64,000 nucleotides of DNA from Antedon mediterranea (taxonomy: Eukaryota; Animalia; Echinodermata), in NCBI RefSeq assembly GCF_964355755.1, contig NC_092677.1, positions 19,738,101-19,802,100 of the forward strand, in the 5' to 3' direction. Under the pieces are notes generated by a model. That model searched no databases. It was not told the DNA's origin and was given only the letters and a program-made list of their open reading frames with translations. A program made the translations under genes and the position numbers. Numbering within the stretch: position 1 is the first letter of the stretch; each line of letters begins with the position of its first letter. Shown here in pieces: positions 38,210 to 50,873 of the stretch.

Positions 38210-40639
38210 TAGGGGCGTGGAACTGATCGTGTCGCAGCCACAGATAAATCCTCCGATCTCCGGAGCTCAGCATCATGTTGTATGTTAGATTGCCTTGATT
38301 GAATGAAGGGTGGGTCTGGAACTTCCTATGTTTAGGCAAGCTGCATGATCGCCTAGACATTTTTGTGAATTTTGTTTAATGGAGTAAGCTACGTCAGTTC
38401 GGCATCGACCAATACTAAAATTACGTATGTACAAATAAGAACATTAATATTCGACCGGATGGAATATTATTATCAGTACACATTATTTTTTTCACGAATT
38501 TTTAACTTCGCTCAAATAGCTTTTGGCTGATATAGGCCTACAACATAAAATATCAAACCTCATAATTGTCTTTCACGTTATTTATAATAGACTTCATAGA
38601 TGCTGTACAAAATATGCTTATGTAAACTGTGTATGCGTATTCATCAAACTTAGTTTGAAAAAATCGATTCATTTTTCATTTAAGAACTAAATTTATAATT
38701 TACTTTTCATTTCCTAATTTAACAATTATATTTTTAAAATGAATAAAATTAAAATGTTATATCTAGAGTATAAAAAAATCATTTCTGTATGGCATCATTT
38801 TCTATTGATCAAGATATGGTTTGACAGAATGATAAAAATGTATAGCATATTTTCATTCGAATAAACGTCCCCTGTAGAACATCATTTGGAATAAACGCCC
38901 CCCTAAAAACCCTCATGAGGGGCGTTTATTTGAATAAATATTTTCTGTCATTGGTTGAACAATTATTTTAATAGCATTGAGAAAGACTGGCCTAAAGAGG
39001 AAATGAACTGAAAAAAACCATTTCTAATGTTATAACCTAATGTTTAAATATTAATTCTAATTCATTTGAAGAAGTTAGAATCAATTTAATTTTGGAGATT
39101 ATTATATTTTATACTCTCAACATTATATACAAAAAATGTACAAATAATTTGTGAGTCGAAAGGAAAAATGTTCTTTACATTCAAAACATACAAAACACTA
39201 ATTGTTTGTTTATAGATATTTACTGTTCTCGAGTAAATTTGTGTTCAACTAATCAGCCGCTTCTATCTATCCTGAATCAAATGAATTAGCGTTCAGGTTT
39301 TGGCTGTGGTAGCCAACTCAATATTTAGGTCTAGGCACAAAAACCTCCATTTTTGTACAAATCTACCTTCAATGCATAGCATGTGATACAAAATCAACCA
39401 ATTAAATGACAAAACCATTCTCATTCACAGTATTGTGTCTGTTCATGGCAACTGGGCCATACCATAGCACCAAATGTATATTAACTTAACCTAGCCCTCT
39501 AAATAATCTCTCACTACACTACAGCATCACATATGGAATGAGGATAGCTGTCAGAAGACACGATACTGTTTATTGTCGCTAGCCATGATACAGTTGATGT
39601 ATCGGGTAGAATGTAGAAACAAATTGTGGATTTGGTCATTATTGTCAGCCCTGTTTGTTCTGTATCATCAAAAGTCACAAATTGGAGAAGTGACATTTTA
39701 GAAGAAAAGTGTGACCAAATAATTTTTAGTCTTTTTTGACATTATTTGAATGCATCTTGTTTTCAGGGCTTATAATGGGTTTTTATAATCAACCAGTGAG
39801 CGCGCATATCTGGATCTTGGCCCCAAATTAAACTATCACCTTCATACAATTTCCTTGTTAACTCCATCAAGAGGTGCCGAACAACAGATAATTAATTTAG
39901 TAAAAAAGTCTATGTATTTGCTGTGTTAATCTCTTCTTAAATTATCCAACCTAGCTTGTAAGTCAGCATCAGCGTCCATGTCACCCTCAGCTACCGGTAC
40001 CTTCTTTAGTTGATGCATTCAATGCTGATCCTGTGCCGGATAAACGTGATACAAATTAAATTTACATTTTATATAGGTGATTTTCGTTGTTTTTCTTTTA
40101 TTTTTTTTATATTAAAAGTATTTACTTTGTTGTCTCTATACAAGGACCAGCCTTAGAGACTAGAAACAACTGACCACTTTTGGAGTTTTTGTTTAAAAGG
40201 TGACAGAAATGTACAGTATATATTTTTATTTGGTCATGTGATGGTTTTTCAATGTACAGAATATTAAGCTTATGTTATGTCTACACTATAAACTTTATGT
40301 GACAAAAAATGTGATGTGCCCATATATGGACATGATGGTGTCATATCACTACCATATTTGGGCATATCACTACCTTATTTAGGCACATCACACTTTTTTG
40401 TCAAACTAGTTTGATAGTAAGCTTAAGAGAGTGTGAAACCACATATTCTGAGGCTGTTTACCATCATTCCATCTGAAGATAAATAAGATAAATATGACAC
40501 ACAATTTTTATTCCAAACTATTGTAAAAGATATTATTTTAGTAAATAATTGATGCAATTTCCTGCTAATTCATCCCCTAGTGATACCAAGCTCATCCAGA
40601 ACCTGAAGAAATACTATTGCATCACTGAAAATAATAAAG

Positions 40640-40945
40640 GAAGAAGCTTAAAAATGGAGAAAACACATGTAAGAGTTTTAAAAATGTAAAATATAGGGAA
40701 AAGCTTAAAATATGAAAATACATAGGAAAGAGCTTAACATATGGAATACATAAGAAAGAGCGTGAAATATGGAATACGTAGAGAAGAGCTTTAAATATGG
40801 AATAAATATGGAAGTGCTTAAAATATGGAATACATATGGAAGAGCTAATCATATGGAATACATATGGAAGAGCGTAACATATGGAATACATATGGAAGAG
40901 CTTAACATATGAAATACATAATATGGAAGAGATTAACATATGGAA
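40640..40945. repeat. 28-bp satellite (ATATGGAATACATAGGAAAGAGCTTAAA), left block
   Basis: Tandem units; same unit and orientation as 51500-52040. Confidence 0.92.
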
Positions 40946-42040
40946 TATTTTTATTTTTATTTTATTAATTTTAGCAACATTAAAACAATACATAAACTTT
41001 GAGTGTGCCAAGGAGTGGCAAAAGAGGTCAAAGGACCACTGTCACCATAAGGCGTGCCACACCAGCACTCAAAGCATACATACACAAAACAATGTAAATA
41101 TGTAATATTAATACCATAATTATATACATTAAAGAGGCATAGTGTTTTTAAAGTGGTCCATTAACATGTTTTTAAATTGTACCCAACTTCCGCATACAAA
41201 GGCGTCTTTAATATTGACCGGTAGTGAATTCCACAAACGAATAAATCTGGTTGGGATACAATGCTTTCCACTATCAGTTTTGGATGCAAGATGTTTAAAA
41301 GTTAGAACATCCAAATGCCTACAATTGATAGTCATATTTAAAATAAAACTATTCTGTAATTTATATAATATATTTGTAACAAAAATAACGGTAAAATAAT
41401 CTTGATTTGATTCAGCTGTCATCAAATTCAGTCTAGTTAATCGGTCAGAATATGGCTGATCTAAGATTCGTTGATGAAGGATAAATCGACTTGCCCTTCT
41501 TTGAATTTTCTCTATCTTATTAATATGACATTGACGATAAGGATACAAAACAGGGGAGCAATATTGGATATGGGGAAGAACAAGACATTTATAAAGTTTA
41601 AGTAAAACAGATGTAGAGCAACCTGTGGCAATTGATCGTATAAAACCTAACATCCTATTGCATTTCAAAGTTACATTATCTACCTGATGTACCCATGACA
41701 AATTATGGGATATTACCACACCAAGTAACGTAATGTCATTAACGTTCATGAGTTCATGTCCATTTAGAATGTAAGATGGAACAACGGGATCTCGTTTTCT
41801 GGACAATGACAGCACTTGACATTTATTAGGGTTAAGGGAAAGTGAATTAAGTGCTGACCACCAGGAGATCGTGTCAATGTCCTGTTGCAGAGATAAACTA
41901 TCTTCCTTCGTCATTATACATTTAGCAATGCAAGTGTCGTCTGCATATTGATATGGTTTTGCACGTAGGTGCATATGTAGATCATTAACATATATGTTAA
42001 ATAACAGGGGTCCAAGCACAGACCCTGAGGAACCCCTGAT
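40946..42040 (-). mobile_element. 5'-truncated CR1/L2-group LINE (RT C-terminal half, 3' UTR and A-rich tail)
   Basis: GSVLGPLLFNIYVND, YADDT, LNPNKC, LLGV, LYKCLVLPHIQY and LWNSLP in ORF 41129-42235; the first ~65 aa of that ORF are unrelated flank; (TTTTTA)n at 40946-40970. Confidence 0.9.
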
Positions 42041-42979
42041 ATTACGACTCGTTGTATGTACATGTGTTGCGACACAATGTGACACTGAATTGTAGTTAGA
42101 AAATGTAAAACGTGTCTCCTGTGGATTTTTCAAGGAAAAGTTTTCGTTATTTGAACTTCGTAATGACGATGAATCGGTTAGTATGTTTCGTTTTTTGTTC
42201 GTGGGTAGTTTAACAAATATTCTTAAATTATTCATTTTATTTATAATGCGCGTGTTTTGTTTACTTATTATATTTATTTTTTTATTTTTTATTTTCGTTC
42301 AGAATTTGTTTCTTTGTAGGAAGGGAGATGTTTTTTTCAGAGTAGTAGCATTCTTAGTGACTGGTATGGTGTTAACGCTTGTTTTTCGTTGAATGTCTTC
42401 AGATGTTTCCTCTAGTCATCAAAACAAATTATTATGAACACCATATTGTATTGATCTCTCTAATTAATTGTAGATGTGTTATCATTTATCTAAAATGTAT
42501 ATTTCTCAATAATAACCATTTACTTTATAAATTTGGTAAAAATACATTTATAATATGCCTTCTTATTGAAAGTGTCGTTACATATACCGTGCGTCTCAAA
42601 TTTGTTTTCTTTTGTGTGCGTTTTTTTAGCAGTACGTATTGTGTCTTTTTTAAAAGATTTAAAATTGAAAACACGTAGAAAATGAAATTCATTTTGAAAT
42701 AAAGAAATTGTATTTAGGCCTAAATTTAATAAATCTATGCTTTATACATTTTGTATGTTTATTTTTGTAATATTACTTATTATATATAAAATATAACTAT
42801 TGTTAAAAATACTAATGTTTAAAATATAAAAAAAGTAAACAGAATATTTTTAATCACAATCATTATTTTATTATGTATGTTTGCAATTACATTTAACAAA
42901 TTCAAAAACTTCATACTCGAGTTAAACAACACGCAAAGATCAAATTTCATTTTTGTTGTTGATGTTAAAAACAAAATTT

Positions 42980-43378
42980 ATTTCAATACACATTCTATTG
43001 TAATACACTTTACAAAATATAATAATAATAATAATAATAATAAAACTTTAACAGAAAATAAAAAATTAAATTAAGTCAAGAAATAAATTTATCATGAATT
43101 AAAATAGGAAAACTACTTTTACAAATTTACACTGACATAAATTAAGTCAAAACATAATTTATTTATTTCATTAAACAAATCTATTGCAATACACTTTACA
43201 AACATAATAATAATAACAATTCAACAGAAAAGAAAACAAATTAAATTAATTCGAAAGATAAATTTAACATGAATAAAAATAGGGAAACTACTTTTACAAA
43301 TATACACTGACATAAATTAAGTCAAAACATAATTAATTTATTTCATTAAACAAATCTATTTCAATACACCTTACAAAC

Positions 43379-43409
<31 letters not shown>

Positions 43410-43500
43410 TTCAACAGAAAAGAAAACAAATTAAATTAATTCGAAAAATAAATTTACCATGAATTAAAATAGGGAAACTACTTTTACAAATTTATAATAT
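42980..43500. repeat. AT-rich tandem triplication of a ~180-bp unit with (AAT)n tracts
   Basis: Repeated TCTATTGCAATACACTTTACAAAACATAATAAT..GGAAAACTACTTTTACAAAT blocks. Confidence 0.75.
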
Positions 43501-43692
43501 AAAATAAATATTAAGCGAGATTTTGGTTTACGGGTTATTTTGTTAGGATTAGTTTTTTTTTTCCAGTCCGATTCCTCGTACCATGCTGCTAACTATTTCA
43601 AAATTGACTTCCTTTGATTTTTAGAAATTTAAAGTCAAAACTTTGACTTTGCAAACAGTTTGTCTGAATCTAAATTTATACACGTTATTTTT

Positions 43693-43934
43693 CCAAATCA
43701 AGTTCCCATTGTTCATCAATAGCACTTACAAGTACCCAGTTCCGTTTGAATTTACGTTGAATGGATTTGTGTAATGTATATGTATCTAGCTTGCTCAGTC
43801 AGTCTTGAACTTGTCTCTTGGTAATATTTAAATCGTCTTTTACATTTTGATAAAGTGGGCCCACACCACCAAAACTACCGGGGTGTTTAGGGTCGTAATA
43901 ATTATACTTTCCTCAAATTCCCATCCATACTCAT
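43693..43934 (-). pseudogene. Polinton-type retroviral-like integrase, N-terminal fragment
   Basis: Manual translation YYDPKHPGSFGGVGPLYQNVKDDLNITKRQVQD*LSKLDTYTLHKSIQRKFKRNWVLVSAIDEQWELDL matches the Polinton integrase N-terminus up to the first catalytic Asp; the conserved W is mutated to TGA. Confidence 0.85.
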
Positions 43935-44212
43935 TTCCCTCAATCACATAAATGAAAATAAAATACTAATTCAAATACTTAAATAACCGCAAGCAAAAAA
44001 GTTTCATTTTTAGCGTTGTTTTTTAAAAAACACAACCTTTATTTTAACACACATTCTATTCCAATATATTTTACAAACATAATAATAACAATAATAAATT
44101 TACCGAAAAGAAATAAGAATTATAAAAATATATCACATTAATTAAAAGTTTTAAGATAATATTTAAAATTGTTAAAATTACAATTGGTTAAAAATCTTAT
44201 TAAAAAAGTTCT

Positions 44213-47200
44213 CTTTTACTCTTTTATCTTTTATTCAATTTCCAGGTAACATACAAAAATCATAAACAAGGTACGGCATCATTCAACAAAACAGAACAAA
44301 AGTACTATCAGCACCTGCGGGTAACCAAAAGTGGATCAGTTCAAAAGAACTGCACTGTCGCGAGTGGCTTTCCCAACTAATAGTACGAAAAACGCAATAG
44401 ACATAACAACACAGTGATAGTCTAAATGAATTCGATATCAGTAATACATTTTTTCAAATCCCTTCTAAACTCCCCAAAGTTAAACAGGACTTTGTTACGA
44501 ACTTCATGCGGGATACATTCCCATATTCGAGGGAAATTAACAAACAGGGAGTATTTAAATGCATTAGTTCTAGCATACATGTGTTTAAAGGTGAGGGACT
44601 CTGGATACCGAGAATCAATTGTAAGGTATTCAAATATATCAAAATCAATTAAATTATGCAAACACTTAACTACAAAAATTATACTATGAAATTTCATTCT
44701 TTGAACCATATCTGGTAAATTTAGTATCTTAAGCCTGTCAGTGAAATCGCCTTCAACACACAATTTAGTAACCCGTCTTAATGACTTGCTAATAGCTATA
44801 TTATGTTGTTTTTGATGTGGATCCCACACAGGAGCACCATATTCAATAACAGGTCGACATAGTGCATTAAAAAGTCGTAGTAAAATTTCGGTGTCATTGA
44901 AACCTACAAACCGTTTGATAAACCCAAGCATTCTCATAGATTTCATCGATACATCATTAACGTGAGCAGACCATGTTAAATCACGTGAGAAGTTAATACC
45001 AAGATATTTATGTGAATTAACAGCTTCAAGGGGATTGGATTCGATTGTATAAATAAAATGAGGGATATAATTACGTTTCCTAGTTATGTGCACGACTTTA
45101 CACTTCTTTGCATTTAATTTCATTTTATTATCCTCACACCATTTGGAAATTTTACAAAGATCCTGTTGTAAGGTAAGTGCATCATGACGACTGAATACAG
45201 GTTTATAAATTACTGTATCGTCTGCATACTGCTTCATAACAGAAGAGGTATTTAGAGGTAGGTCATAAACAAAGAGATTAAATAGAAGCGGGCCTAACAC
45301 TGATCCCTGAGGAACACCCGAGCCCACTCTATCTCAATCAGAATGCTCCTTATTAAGAACAACACGTTGGAATCTGTCACTGAGAAAGGAGTGAAGACAC
45401 TTTAGGAGAGATCCACATACTCCCATGTTGTGCAGTTTCTTGATTACTAAATCATGGGGAACACGGTCAAAGGCCTTCTCCCAATCAAGGAATATTGCAT
45501 CAATTACAGGAGGTTGTCTAACATCCATTGTTTGTGACCAATCATGATATAACGCTGAGGCCTGTGTAATACACGATCTATCTGGATAAAACCCGTGTTG
45601 CGTGGGACATATAAATCCAAAAAATTGAAGATGAAAAAGAATGTTATCTGCTATAATACGTTCAAAAACCTTACCTATAATAGAACATAGCGATATAGGT
45701 CGATAATTATTAACATCGTTACGATTACCTGACTTAAAAATAGGAGTGACATTCGCGAGTTTCCAATCTTTTGGTACAAAGCCATCCGTTAAGAACTTGT
45801 TAAACATTTTGCACAACACTGGGGCAATAATTGGAGCTGACATAGATAACATTTTAGGTGTAATCCCGTCTGGTCCAGGGGATTTGTTGGGTTTCAATGA
45901 CAATAGAGCCTCGAAAATAGTTTTTTCAGTAATATTAATGTTATTAAGGGGAACAATATCTGGGTGAACACAATTACAGATCTCATGGTTAACATTGAAA
46001 TTACGATTAGGTTCGTTAAAGTTTGACGCAAAGAATGTGGAAAATGCATTTACCGCATCGATATCGGAAACCAAGGGTATACCGTTAAAAACAAAGTTTT
46101 TGACTTGTCCAGTCTTACGCCTAGTCTTAACATAACTAAAAAAACGTTTGGAGTCACCATTTACACAGGCGACACTTAATTTCCTAATATATTGTAAATG
46201 AGGCAGTCCAGGCACAGTCCCCAAGGAACCGCCCCCAACGTTGTAAAAAGATCGTCATGGTCACATTTACTATATTGATAATAATATCTATCTACAGGTT
46301 TAACTTTACTGCATCTAGCGTTAATATTAAAATAAACCCCAAGGTGGTCACTTGTACTGAGACCGGGATGACTTCTGAAATTACATACAATGTCAGGGTT
46401 ATTGCACAAGACCAGATCAATAATGCTACTTTTGGTGTTAGATACACGAGTAAAAAAATCAACAAATTGTATAGTATCAAGTGGAGCAATAATTTCTTTA
46501 AATTTCTTATAAACTAAGGGACTATCAACACCGTAATCATAATTAAAATCACCAGTTAAAATTATACCACAGTACTTATGTAAAATAGATAGGATAAAAT
46601 CAACGACATCGTAGAATTGATTGAGCCAATCTTCATTTGAACTCGGTGGCCTATAAACAGCACATATTAAAATGTTAAAATTGTTATTTACAGTTATTTC
46701 AATAATTTTGACCTCAATGTTAGTAGGAAAGTCAACAATAGAGGATTTAAATGCGTTCTTCAAAGCTAACAGAACACCACCACCGTGTCTTGAACGGTCT
46801 TTTCTGTACACAACGAATGAGTCTGGAAACAGGTCCGTACTATCAATAGAGGAGTCCAGCCACGTTTCTGTGACAATCAAGATGTCCAATTCATCAATTG
46901 CGATACGCGCATGGAATTCTTCGATCTTATTATATTCACCACACTTCTGGCGTTAAATAAAGCAACTTGAATAAGGTTAGTTTCAAAGATGGAAGAATCA
47001 GTTGGTGTATTGCTGGATGGAAGTGACAATATACTGTTGTTGTTCAATGAGTTGTAAAAAAATGAGTCCGATAGTTGTGGTAGGGAGCAGATGTTACACG
47101 CCCATGGATTATCTTGATAAAACACATAACTATCGCTGCTCATAGGTATGCACTTGATATGAAATATGTGATGACATTCACAGCAAATCAGACATTTTTG

Positions 47201-47655
47201 ATTGCGTCTTGTCGTTTTAGCGCAAGATTCACATGTATTCTTCGTACTATTACCGTTTCCAATATGCTGGCTCTTGTTCCTATGCATCAGCTCTGGGCCT
47301 GGGTGAGGATGAATGTCGCCACTAACCAACAAACATAGGTTAAAAGTCGAATAATGATTGGCGTAATATCTCACAGGCTTAATATATCGTTTTCTTGTGG
47401 TGTTATTAATGCTAGCACATGTATGCAAAAAAAGAGAACATGACTCACCGACACGGATGTTATAGTGAACATTTTCGTTATGATAGCCGAGTTGACGAAC
47501 CAGACAATCAAATGAACCTGGTTGAAATATGATTGATCTCAGAAATAATGTGCAGAGTAATGTCATCAAACAACTAAATAGAGCCATTATGTTGTTAAAT
47601 AAGGCAATTCAAATAGGTCCAGATATGTGTTTGTTGTACCGGTACAGCTAATCAA
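44213..47655 (-). mobile_element. CR1/L2-group non-LTR retrotransposon: 2A-like motif, PHD finger, APE endonuclease and RT, frameshifted
   Basis: LLVSGDIHPHPGP; C4HC3 PHD (CESC..CCECHHIFHIKC..WACNIC); APE motifs NARS, ETWL, GGGV, YRPP, GDFN, IDL, SDH; RT motifs KSPGPDG, YRPISL, QHGF, DWEKAFD, GVPQGSVLGPLLF, YADD, split over four ORFs. Junctions defined by the interrupted target AAAGTTCT|GAATCATTTG. Confidence 0.93.
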
Positions 47656-47740
47656 CTGAATCATTTGTAATCAACTTTATTTCAATTTTAATTTTACAAA
47701 ACAGAATAATAATTCACCGAAAAGCAATAAGGATTATATA

Positions 47741-49493
47741 TCTATATATAAATTTACGTAAGGGCAAAATTCGGTAAATCGCGCGTTATTTCTAGAATGT
47801 TTACTCGATGGTATATAAAGTTGGTTCGTACTTTCGGTACTGATTTTAACCACCTGATGTAACCCTGTTTACTAATCAAATTGAGTTCGATAATTAGTTA
47901 TTGACGATTAAAACGAATTTAGGTTCAACTATTTGCCCCAAATAGGGGTGTTTTTCGATCGTGGTATACACTGTCTAATGGATGTCAATTTGAAAAATAC
48001 CCGCACACAATAATACGAGGACGCTTCGCATTTTCCTATCTCCTCCTACGATAATTGTTTTTAATAGCTGAAAACCGGTTGAACAGTTCGAGTACAGCAT
48101 CATAATGTTGAAGACAGGCCGATTTTCTTTAAAAAATGTTATTTTGATACATGTAATATACGTTTTTACAAATGTATTGATTTGTGATGAATGGAACATT
48201 CCAAATTATTTGGTTTAACCATAGAGGTATAGATTTAGATTTATGGGCCCCCTTGGAGAATAAACATAAATAGTATTGCAATGCTGTACAATACTGTTAA
48301 GGTATTAACCACCTTTGATTGCAATTTGAATCGCAAATTTCTTACTGTGTGAGTGTTGGTACTGTTAGATATAATATAAACATATATACAAATAAACTTT
48401 ATTACTGTGAGTGTGGGTAGGCCCTACTGTTAGATTATAAACATATACAGTAATATACAAATAAATAAATGTTATTACTGACAGTTGCTTCTCAACGTTT
48501 GTATTAATTAATAATTTAAAAATATATAAACGTACGTAGTGGTGTATCGTTACATGTACTTTACTATTTCAATCGACTATGACAGTGAGAGTTTTAACAA
48601 AGTATTAAATCGTAAATGTTTTACTGTATTTAGTGGTATATTATTTATAGGCCTATAAAATATTAAAAACAATATTTCGTTATTGAGTGGATAAGAATAT
48701 ATTTTAAAATGTTTCCTCTTTGTACCTATCTTCTTCCCCCATCCCTCAACCCTTAATGTTACATACAAAACACAAATTGGGTTTGTTTAAATGAGTCCAA
48801 ATAAAAAAATTTGACTCATTTTGTTTCTCTCGGAAGTAATTCCCAGGGTGCTAATTTTAGCTGACTACATAAATCATCGTGTATATTTATTCGTTTCTGT
48901 AAACGACAATGTATTATAGTCCTGCAGTACGTACATTTGAAATCTCCATTTTTTCTCGCTGGAAAATACTGTGTATTAAATAAACGTCGTAGTGGTGTAT
49001 CGTGACATGTACTTTAATATTTCAATCGATTATGACAGTGACAGTTTTAACAAAGTATTAAATCGCAAATGTTTTACTGTATTTAGAGGTATATTATTTA
49101 TAGGCCTATAAAACACGAAAAAAATATTTCGTTACTGAGTGGATAAAGAATATATTTAAAAATGGTTCCTCTTTGTACCTATCCGCTTTCCCATCCCTCA
49201 ACCCTAATATAAAAAAACCCATACAAAACACACATTGAGTTTCTTTAAATGAGTCCAAATCAAAAATTTGGACTCATTTTGTGATAAGTTTCTCCTTCGG
49301 AAGTAATTCCCAGGGTGCTAATTTTAGTTGACTACATAAATCATCGTGTCTATTTATCCGTTTCTGTAAATGACATCCTGCGGTACGTACATTTGAAATC
49401 GCCAGTTTTGTGACGCTGAAATTACTATGTATTCGAGAACCATCTGTGGGCACGACCTAGATGGTACGCGAGCGAAGCGAGCGTACCATCTAG
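47741..49493 (+). mobile_element. non-autonomous Helitron-like element, copy 1
   Basis: 5' A|TCTATATATA; 3' hairpin CTAGATGGTACGC..GCGTACCATCTAG|T; no TSD; close inverted copy at 59753-61310. Confidence 0.85.
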
Positions 49494-49540
49494 TATATAT
49501 AATTAATTAAAAAGTGTTGAGATAATATTTATTGTACAAA

Positions 49541-50223
49541 TTACAATTGGTTAAGAACCTTATTAAAAAGTTCTGAATCATTTGTAATCAACTTTATGGC
49601 TTTATCGAACGCATCAACATTTATACACCGTAAATGAAAGTAGTTTAGCGCCCATTCAAAATGGATAGCGCCATTGTCCACAAGTTTCAATGCCAGAATT
49701 GGTCGAAAAAATGTTAGGAGTTGCTCACATCTTGAGCCGTGAAAGTTATAACGTTCAACCATATCATTCAGAACGAATATAAATTCTTCTATGAAAACCT
49801 TCTCAATTGTTCTCATTATTTCTTTGTACTCAAGTTTGGTAGTTTCTTTCTTAATCTCAGCCTCCAGCACAGGGTTTAGGTACTCTTCCGTAAACACCTC
49901 ATCTTCTACCTCATCGGCATTTCTTGCCAGAAATAGGTGGTATAGTCACCGTATACAATCCTCTCCTCTTCAGAAATTATTCTCGTCATATCCCCCATCT
50001 CTTCCTCCTTCTCTGCTGTAAAATAGGCACCAGTCATAGCTAGTATGTCTTCTTCTTCAATTTTTGAATCATTAGTTATATCTATAACTTCTTCTTCGAC
50101 ATCAGAGTCCATAGTAAGATCAATGATTTCAATCCCGGAACCCATAGTAACTAGTTGTTGGTTTTTGGTTGAATATGCTAAGTCTGTCAGGCTGTAGCGT
50201 TGTGGAATGAGGTAAAGATTCAA
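49541..50223 (-). pseudogene. acidic hypothetical protein with two SIM-like motifs, frameshifted near 49920
   Basis: ORF 49906-50223 (IEIIDLTMDSD, EEVIDITNDS) and ORF 49541-49897 join through a frameshift at ..ADEVEDEVFTEEY. Confidence 0.55.
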
Positions 50224-50439
50224 GAGTATATACAGTCAAAGGATTACATTCGGCATTTACTAAATTTGTTTGAGCCAATTGTCATTGTTGTATTTCCTGT
50301 CGGAACATTGTGTCGAAGCGCCGTGTATCTTTTGTTTCATTAAGTAGCTTTCCCAATGTCATTCAATTTAAAAAAAATGTCCGATCCAAGATCATCAAAC
50401 CGTTTTCCAAAAGATTATATTGTAATTACGTGAACTGTT

Positions 50440-50873
50440 TTAACCAATCTTGTAAATTTTTTTGGTCCGTGTTTCTAGCATTCCATTGTCATTCATGTCT
50501 ACAGCATTTCCACAATCGTCAAATCCATCCAATTCTAAAAACATTTCATCGACCATGTCCCTTTGTTCCATTAGATCTCTCCACTGCATCATTGTTAAAT
50601 TAATACCTTTCTTGCCTGGTGGTTTAAATTTACCATCTGGTTCTGATTGATAGTATTCTCGGATACACACGTACATATCATCACCCCAACGTTGAGCAAC
50701 GACGTGCCTCGTTTCATTAAGTTTAATACGTTTAGTAGCTGTAACTTTAATTCGACTATCATTCTTAAAAAGTGATTCTTTACTACCGGTCGATAATCTT
50801 GTTGAAAAGAAGCGCTTGTATTTGGTTCATCTTCTACTCTCTGTCTCTTGCTAGATCTCATAACTCGCTGCAT
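50440..50873 (-). pseudogene. PC4/Sub1-like ssDNA-binding domain protein, intronless, one frameshift near 50780-50830
   Basis: KLNETRHVVAQRWGDDMYVCIREYYQSEPDGKFKPPGKKGINLTMMQWRDLMEQRDMVD matches the PC4 signature IREY...KPG.KGI.L...QW. Confidence 0.8.

Noticed and set aside
41129-42235. 368-aa ORF as a domesticated standalone RT gene
   Set aside because: The N-terminal ~65 aa are flanking sequence fused by chance to a 5'-truncated LINE that lacks the N-terminal RT motifs.
47975-48199. Conserved small protein shared with 60852-61175
   Set aside because: The similarity comes from both ORFs lying in copies of the same non-autonomous element; no domain is recognisable.
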